DNA from: Calcarisporiella thermophila CBS 279.70
Lineage: Eukaryota > Fungi > Calcarisporiellomycota
Length of the DNA: 64,000 bases
Assembly: GCF_041956535.1 (NCBI RefSeq)
Contig: NW_027192196.1
Location: 390,921-454,920 of the forward strand
Direction of reading: 5' to 3'
Part shown: in pieces, positions 55,659 through 64,000 of the stretch
Layout: every line of letters begins with the position of its first letter
Position numbering within the stretch: position 1 is the first letter of the stretch
Notes under the pieces: model-generated
What the model saw: the letters and a program-made list of their open reading frames with translations, nothing else
What the model was told of the DNA's origin: nothing
The model's database searches: none
Translations under genes and position numbers: made by a program

Positions 55659-56340
55659 ACTTATTTAATCAACTTTTATGTCGGTTTTTTGATTTCCATT
55701 ACCCTACTTGCTGTTAGTGACAATTGATTTTGTTGTATTATTTAGCGCATTTAATAGTCTATCTTTTTTAAAAATTAATTCCCTCTCCCTCTCCTCCCTT
55801 TTTTTTAAATAAAATGTACTTTAAAGTTTTTTCTAATGCGAGTTATCGATTGTATTATACTCTGCTGCTGTTAACTCTATATCTTTTTGGTATTTCATAA
55901 TAATAATAGAGGTTTATGCGTCTTTGATTTCAAGTATTTCTCAAGTTAATGGCAAATCGCGTTATTGATGATCCATCATAAGAGAGAGAGACAATATTTG
56001 CGTTTGTCTTGCAGATATCATATATCGCTTGTTTATTTTTTATACTAATTTTTTATTAAACTCAAGTGAAAGGTAAATAGAAGCGAGTATCATGATATCA
56101 AAGTTAGGGCACTAAGTATCCCTCACGGACGGGAAGTGATCTAGTCTTATTTTATTATCAAGTAGGTCATTGCACATTTCTTATTGCGATCTTATTCACC
56201 AGTCTCTAGTAACTAGTGATTGGTATACTTAATGAAATCAACAGTTAATTTCATTAAGTTTAAGAATCCGTCTTATGCTGCATACTACTTGATATTCCTG
56301 CTATTGTGGTCACTCTCGTTATTTTTTAGGATTTGTTAGA

Positions 56341-57550
56341 ATGGTGGAGAAAGACAAAGAAAAGGACAAAGAGCGAGAAAAACTGAGATACCGTTATCAA
56401 ACGGAGATTCAGCAGATGATGTTCGTGTTTGGCGAGGTTGCTGATCCACTGCCTGAAACTACTCAGCTAGTGGAAGACATTGTGCGATCGCAAGTGATAG
56501 AGATTGTAGGAACTAAGAAGAATTTTCTATAAACACCACAATAAATTAATTCTCTTCAAAAAAAAACTAGATTATCCAAGCAGCAACTATAGTGCAGCGT
56601 CGGGGTTCTCGCTACATGAACGCTGAAGATTTGATATTCTTGATTAGACATGATCGCGCAAAAGTGAATCGCCTGCGTCAGTTTTTGAGTTGGAAGGAAG
56701 TACGTAAGAACGCGAAAGATGCTGGTGGTGGAGATGCTGTGGAGGATATGTTAGAAGAGCCGAATGCGGGTAATTATTTTTATTTTGTCATTTACATAAT
56801 GTCATTTTCTGTAATTGTGTTATGACTATAGATAAGCCAGGGAAAACTCGCCGAGTCAAAGTAAAACTCTCATGGGAGCTTGTTAATGCTTTCTCGGATG
56901 CAATGGTGAATGCCGATTCAGATGAGGAGGATGAAGAAGAAGAGGAAGCCTATGATGAATTCAAGCAACGACTCAAGGAAGCCGATGAGATCACACGAGC
57001 CATGACGCGTGAAGAATATGTACACTACTCTGAGTGTCGCCAAGCATCTTTCACATATCGCAAGGCAAAACGTTTCCGAGATTGGGCAAACATGGCTGCT
57101 TACATTGATATGAAGCCAAATGACGACGTGATTGATATTCTCGGATTTTTGACATTTGAGATGGTTAGCACCTTGACTGAGATGGCACTCCAAGTGAAGA
57201 AAGAATTAACACGAGATGCTGAGGCAAAGGGTAATCTACTTGGTAAGCGTAAGCGGGAGGATGCTGCTCGTAGTGAAAACGGAGATCGGGCAGAAGTAGA
57301 TAATTTAGAGAAAAGGGAGAGTGATTCCAAGAATATGAATGGAGAGGAAGGAGAGGGTAACAACGCAGTAGGTGGAGATGATGAGGGCGGTAAGTCTAGC
57401 TATATGAACCTGTTTTCACCTCCTCCTTCAGAACAAACACCCCTACAACCATCGCATATACACGAGGCATTTCGGAGATTACAGCGTTCTCCTCAGCCGC
57501 TTAAGAACTTTAGGGGAGGACTGGTGAGAACACGCGTATCTTTGATATGA
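56341..57550 (+). CDS. SPT3: SAGA subunit Spt3
   Basis: YQTEIQQMMFVFGE; EDLIFLIRHDRAKVNRL; MTREEYVHYSECRQASFTYRKAKRFRDW; PLQPSHIHEAFRRLQ. Confidence 0.96.
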
Positions 57551-57874
57551 TCTTGTAACATTCCAACTTTTTGTATATACATTCGTCCGGATCTTGTAAA
57601 ACGCTCGTTTTTCATTATAAGTTACTATAAAAATATCTCCCCTCCCCGATTTTCAGAGGTATATTAGAGTGATTAGAGTAAAGAAAAAAGTATAGACAAA
57701 AAAGGACACATATAACATTTGGATTAAAAGCTTCGCCCAATTCCAAAAATGAATGATGTACGGCATGAATAAAACAAGAAAAAAAAAAGGATCGATGGAT
57801 TGAGATTTTAAGTCCAAAGAATTATCGTTCATAAAGGAGAAAAAAGTTTTCTAGAACATATAGGACTTTCCCAC

Positions 57875-58096
57875 TTAGCTATTTCGATTCACCTCGCTAT
57901 GAACATTCGAAGCTGTGCCTGTTCTAGGGGTAGGGACGGTCGCATTGGGAGTAGCATTATTAAACCATCCGTTTCCGTCATGGAACTTGGACTTTTTAGG
58001 TGTTACAACCATGGGATTTGAGAGACAGACGAGGTTAGGTACCTGGTCAAGGATGGTGGTATCGATATTAAGTTGCAAAGACATAGAGACCGGCAT
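57875..58096 (-). CDS. Small hypothetical protein (69-73 aa)
   Basis: ATG-initiated ORF in a GC-richer island inside an AT-rich spacer, with a CAGTCACA box about 140 bp upstream. No recognised family. Confidence 0.45.
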   Translation of the reverse strand: MPVSMSLQLNIDTTILDQVPNLVCLSNPMVVTPKKSKFHDGNGWFNNATPNATVPTPRTGTASNVHSEVNRNS

Positions 58097-58659
58097 TATC
58101 GCGTATGAATGAATTTAAAAATTTAAATGGTTATTTTTAAAATTCCTTGGAAGGAATGGAAAATAAACCAACGTAAAGAAAAATGAGTCGCACCTTTTAT
58201 GGGGTTATTTCAAAATGGTGTGGGAACCATTTTTGACAGTCACAAATTAGCGCACTCCACAAACTTTGTGACCCCAGTTGGCTGAGTGATCCTTGGCCCA
58301 TAAAATTTTTAGGCCTTTCAATACGCACCATAGGAGCTTGACATTTACTCTCAAAAACGAATGATGTCTTCTGTTTACGTTTTGTATTTATTTACTTTTG
58401 TTGCGTAATAATCGTAAGATTTTCAACGTCGGCTTGCTATTGCGGGACGACAGTATGGAAAAAAACTTATCAGAATTTAAATAGCAAAATTCTCATATTA
58501 AATTCCGTCATTTGCTATATTATTAGTCTTATTAGCAAAGTGGAGGAAATTAAGGATGTCTATAGTAGATCAATTTTATTTAGTTTTAGAGAGCCCCTCC
58601 CCAATAACACATCTAAGAAAAGAAGTTTGCAGGGAATAAAGCATAAAAGAAAAAATAAA

Positions 58660-60703
58660 TTAAGCCATGAATATGATGCCAGACCCCTCATATACAGTGG
58701 CGATCTTCTGAATAGCGTTAACATACGCGGCCGTGCGATAGTCACAGTTCTGGTTGATAAAAACAGGTTATAATTCTGCTAATTCTACAGTATAAGTGAT
58801 AGTGCCTACCTTTGCCAAAGCAGTGCTGCGTGTCTCCAAGGATGCGTTGGCAATAGTGTCTTCAAGACCGGAATAGACAAGCTCATGCTCCTCAGCACCA
58901 TGTACAATCTGCTTGCGCTCCATCTCAGTCAATTTGCGTCCAGCATTGGCCTCCACAAGCGCAACTAGCTTGCTCTTGCCAAGTTCGTCCCATTTTTTGT
59001 TCATACGTCCAAAGCGCACATGGCTCAAATTCTTCAGCCACTCGAAGTATGACACTGTAACACCACCAGCATTGAGGAGCAAATCAGGGATAATCACTAC
59101 GCCCTTCTGAAGGAGTGCGTCATTGGCAGCAGGAGTTATGGGTCCGTTTGCAGCCTCACCAACAACCTTTGCACGGACGCGGTTAACATTGCGAAGACCA
59201 ATTTGACGCTCAAGCGCTGCGGGGATGAGGACATCACATTCAACTTCAAGAACTTTGGCGGGGTCATCGATAATTGTAGCATCGGCATAGTTGTGGAAGG
59301 TGCCATGCTCCTTACGATGAGAGAAGAGTTGCTCGATGTTCAAACCATCTTTATTGTAGACCGCGCACTCACGCTCACCGATAGCAATCACCTTAGCTCT
59401 AAGTGCAAAAAAAAGAATGAGTTGGCGACCCATTTACATAAAGGAATACCATAAATTTGACGTACCCGTTATTCTCGAAGAATTTTGCAGCCCAGTAGCC
59501 GACATTTCCAAAGCCTTGAATTGCCACAGTTAACCCTTCAATTTGTCCACTCAATCCTGCCTTCTTCTGCACTTCAGGGTAAGTAAGGAACTCGCGGATT
59601 CCATAGAATACACCCAGACCAGTGGCCTCATTACGCCCACGAACACCACCTTGGCTAATTGGTTTGCCAGTTACACAACCCGAGGCATTCACGTCGCTGC
59701 TGTTGAATTGACGATACGTGTCCATGATCCAGGACATCTCACGGGGACCGGTGCCCACATCTGGAGCTGGAACATCCGTACCAGGGCCAATGAAGTTCTT
59801 CTGACAAAGCTCCATCGTGTAGCGACGGGTAATTCGCTCTAATTGTGCCGGTGACCACTGTTTGGGGTCAATTTTGATACCACCTTTTGCTCCACCGAAG
59901 GGAACGTCCACAACCGCGCACTTGTAAGTCATAAGCGAGGCAAGGGCCTCAACTTCCTGTAGGTCGACCTCGGGTGAGAAGCGAATACCTCCTTTAACTG
60001 GCAGACGATGGCGCGAATGCTGTGCGCGATATCCCTCGATCATTACAACTTTGTTATCATCTGTCTATTATGGGGATACAAGTAAAAGCATACAATATCA
60101 ATGAATATAAAATTAGATTAATGTTACCTCAATGGGGAAGGTGACGCTGAGAACGCTGTCCACAGCCTTCATATGTGCTAGAGTTTTGGGGGAAACATTG
60201 CTAAGCTTGGCTGCCTGGAGAAAGTGAAAGTAAAAATTCTTTATATATGCGGAGCAGATAAAATTTAATCATATAAATGTCACTTTTTCGAAGTAGCTGT
60301 CAACAGATTTAAGGAAGCTAGGTTCATTGGGCTCACAGAATTGGTTTGTGTTTGCTATATATAAAAGAGACAAAAAAATGCTGTCTAAATCCTCATGCTC
60401 TTCAGCAAAACACAATAGAATCTTACCTGTACTCAAGTTACGATGAGCTGGAGCAATACCACATCGCAATAACGCTGAGGCGCGCATTGAGCTTGATGAT
60501 AATAAGGAAAATATACAATGTATTAAAGCGTGGGAATTAATTGTATAAAACCAAATAGAGTAACGAAAACAAAGATGAGCGGTCATAAGACCACCACACA
60601 TTAGAACGCGCTAGCGTAATAGCAGTAACGCGTTGCGTTTGTGGAGAACAGCATTTCATTACTTTGATATTTACCTGCAGGCGATAAAGCGGGAACTCAG
60701 CAT
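58660..60703 (-). CDS. Mitochondrial glutamate dehydrogenase, GLUD1-like (animal/protist type)
   Basis: [18 protein letters not shown]; [18 protein letters not shown]; DVPAPD; QGFGNVG; EAANGP; [23 protein letters not shown]; presequence-like MLSSRFIAC|[10 protein letters not shown]. Confidence 0.93.
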
Positions 60704-61178
60704 TTTCTATATTTCTATCTACAAGTATGAAACAAGGAAGATTAAGTAAAGATGTTGGAGGAAGATGGGAAGATGAGGTGAAAAAAAACTCTCAGGAGAG
60801 TAAACAAAACGCACCTTTTCTCTCAGAGGATTGTCTGAGTAAACAAAGAAGAGGAGTTAAAGTGTTTACTAAGAAAGATGTGCTAAAGACCACTAAAAGA
60901 GTATAATTTGTGGAGGTAGATTCGAGCTCCGTTCGGACAGAGGCTTGCTTATTTTCTATTGGGGCAAAAATATAGCAAGTTTCCAAGCCAGCCTAAAGAA
61001 TAAGCGGTAATAAGTTTATTCAAAGAGTATGCTTCACGAAAAAAAATATGCACCCAACCATCAAAATAGTATCTCAATTAACAAACTAGTTTATATTTTT
61101 GAAATAAAAGTGAAAAATACAATCCTGCTGGTATAATATCTTGAAAAGAAAAAAAAAATCTAGTCATCCTAAGGCGCA

Positions 61179-64000
61179 TCAATGATTATGGCTCTCTGCT
61201 TTGTTGTCTTGGCAAGAGCACGATTCTTCCACAGTTTTGATAGTAAATAGCCGCACTGCAGTTCCGTTCCAAATGCCAAGATTATCCATACTTGCAACAT
61301 ACACTTTACTCCAAAGCATGCTTCGGAACCACACTGTGAGTGCATCGTTCCATTGGAATTTACGTGAATGAACGGGTCGTGGAGGTGGTAGTAGGCCAAC
61401 AAGTGTAGTTTGGCGTATGAAGTCAAGTACCTCTTGATCCGAGACTGTGCGAGCCGCACAGAGATCAGATATACGGGGAAGAAGATGCTCAATAAGTGAT
61501 ATAATAGGTTGTAGAGGTGTTTGAGGATGCCATGAATAGAACTAGGTAATGGTTTTAGTTGAGGTCATTTACAGGGAAGTTAGATTAATAATTTACCCAT
61601 TCTTCAGTGAACACAAATCCGTCTCTTCCGACGAAAGTCTGATGAGCAGAGTTAGACAAATCTTTGGACATCTTTCTTAGTTTGTCATCTACTTGTTCCA
61701 TTCCTTTGCTTGCTTGCTCAGAGTAATTATCTGTCTTGGCCTCCTGGTTATTCTGCGCCACTTCATTTCCCTCGACGATCTCCTCGTCTGCTTGCAATAG
61801 AGGGTTAACTTCTGAATTGATTCTGTCTGCTTTTGCCTTTCCTTTCTCCATTTCTCGCTCTATTCTTTTCCTTTCGCGCAGTGCTTGTATTTGCTCAGCA
61901 TCTTTTATCATTTGAGGAAGTGTCATGCTTGCAAATCCTTCAAACTTCTGATGTGCTAGTACAATGGCATATGCAACGTGTGGATTATCTGAGAGATGAT
62001 ACTCAATAATGTAACCCAGAGCTTCAGTGAGAAACCAGGCAAGTCGGAAATTATTTTGATCCGAGAGTAAAAATGTAGGGGTAGTGAAGGAACTAAAAAG
62101 CGCAATAAGCTTATTGGAGCAAGAGGCTGATAGCTGTTTAACATATGGTGAGATATTTGTGATTGTCAGGATAAGGGCGGGATAGAGGGAGTGAAGCGCA
62201 TTTTTGGTGGTGGCAATAAGAGTATGAATAGACTATGGAATATTAAAAGAATCAATAATATAGCGCTATGTAAAAAAAAAAAAATACTAAGTATCGAGGA
62301 AAACCTACTATTATCAGGAAATCTGCATAAGTTCCGTGAAATGCAGGGATACGAATGTTCGGAGGAAGCGATGCATGTCCATAAAATGTGTTGTTAAGTT
62401 TGATACCAAAATTTCTATCCGCGGAGAGGGTTTGCAGCATGAAAACACACATGGATACGAGCCCAAGTTGTGTGTGGTCCAGTTTATACTCAAGGATATA
62501 GTATAGCAGGACTACCAGCAAATCGAGAACTCGATCTGTTTCTAGTAAATAGTCTCGGAATCTCTTTAAATGTATCAAATATAAGTTGGGGATTTATATT
62601 CAACATCAAAGCATAAAAGATTACTTTGTTAACTTCGAGCAGTTTCCAGCAGAGGATCAACATTTCATTATAGCAACGAGTGTGCTTAGTAGAGCCTGGG
62701 AGATATGTATTATTTGCCTAAAGATATAGAGTTATATTAATTGGAATAATTTAAAGAGAATAGAATTGAATGTACAAAATACCTGCATCGGGTTGCTTAA
62801 GATCGTCAATATCCCATCAGTAATAAACTGAAAGTTCTGTGCAGAATGTAATCGCCCAGTATAAAATCGAAATGCGTTATCATTGCTCTTATCATAGTTA
62901 ATTTTTGCAATCTTAGAAGATGATGTTTCGACAGGGGGAGACTTTGAAAAATTAGCTGACATATTCTCATCTATTGGTGACTCTATTTTGTCAACGGTGG
63001 TCTCAGTCTCGCCAACAGCCACAGCTAATCCTGGAGTCCGATAGTCTAAGAGGGCAACTAGCGTTTGCAAACAAAGAATTACGAAATGTTCGCGTTGATC
63101 GGCAAACATTACGTGATTGTATGGAATACCCCATCCTAGTGGGTTGTATTTAACGGCTGTGTTGAGTAAACTGCAGAGAACTAGAGGAATTCGGAAAGAC
63201 TCAGATAATTGCGTTTGTTGTACAGAAGAAAACTATTAAAACTTACGTGAAAGCACTATTTTTCGTTCCGTCTTAGCTACAGCATAGTGAATCCATTTAT
63301 TTTCTCCTGATAGAATCTCACTTGGCGACATATAGATTGATTTAGACATGAGAACAAGGAATAGTTGGAGGATTTCGGCCTTGTTTGAGTCCAACACTTT
63401 CGAAGACCCTATAGGAGTAGAAGCACCAACCCCTGACTCCCAAATAACATAATTTACTCGCGAGTTTTCAGTCGCAAAATTCGATGGGATGGTAAAGCCA
63501 GAGAAGAACATAAGAGATATTACGCCTAAAAAATGATTAAACCTATCAACTTAATATCAACTCATTGCTCTATAATTTCAATCGTACCGGCTATTAGTCT
63601 CTCTCCAAGTGAAGGTATCGAATTTATTATATTAATATCTTTGTAATCCTAAGAGATAATGTAAGCTTCATGCTAATAAATAGTTTAATTGGATAAATGA
63701 ACTTACCTCCACCATGTTATTCTCATTGCTATTCTGTCTTGATATCCTCTCCTCTGTCCAAAAGAAATTGTTTTCCCACTCATGACAAAGTTCCTTAGAT
63801 TCGAAAACGAAGGGCATTAAACGTGTTAAAACACGTATACAATTTAGCAAGTGCTGGGTTGGGTATTCTTCAGAAGGGAAATTCTTGACATTTATGAATG
63901 AAAGTAAGCGCTCGATCACTTTTTTTAGTAGTGTTTCAAGATTCTCGCGTGCTTCTACAATTCTTCGGACATCAGAAGCCGGAAAAGAGACAGAAAAAAT
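61179..64000 (-). CDS. HID1: HID1/Ecm30 (dymeclin-family) Golgi protein; 5'-partial
   Basis: LLNCIRVLTRLMPFVFE; IWESGVG; CSLLNTAVKYNP.GWGIPYNH; FHGTYADFLI; FQWNDA..WFRSMLWS..WNGTAVRLF. Confidence 0.9.

Overview
Gene-dense, intron-rich eukaryotic (fungal) DNA with short GT-AG introns of about 50-80 nt. Gene content suggests an early-diverging fungus, probably Mucoromycota (inference from the animal-type GDH, phytochelatin synthase, FAN1 and Zn2Cys6 TF). About 32 protein-coding genes, mostly housekeeping: ALG8, TIP41, eS31 fusion, mitochondrial carrier, HOP2, complex I B2 subunit, TFIIIA, YSC84, Zn2Cys6 TF, DeSI peptidase, FAN1, DRE2, CaMK, TBC protein, GNAT, GDA1, LRR protein, phytochelatin synthase, RING ligase, anoctamin, URK1, IML1, SPT3, GDH, HID1. 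No rRNA, tRNA, transposase or CRISPR array was recognised. Most interesting: (1) an LRR protein with an LRRC58-like BC-box/Cys tail directly beside phytochelatin synthase; (2) eS31 fused to a divergent 74-aa ubiquitin-like domain ending LALLGG; (3) a TBL/PC-esterase O-acetyltransferase homologue with catalytic Ser and His both replaced; (4) a TBC protein without the Gln finger; (5) HomolD boxes recurring in non-ribosomal promoters. Gene spans run from start to stop codon including introns. Exon structures were read by eye and family calls rest on remembered motifs, not database searches.
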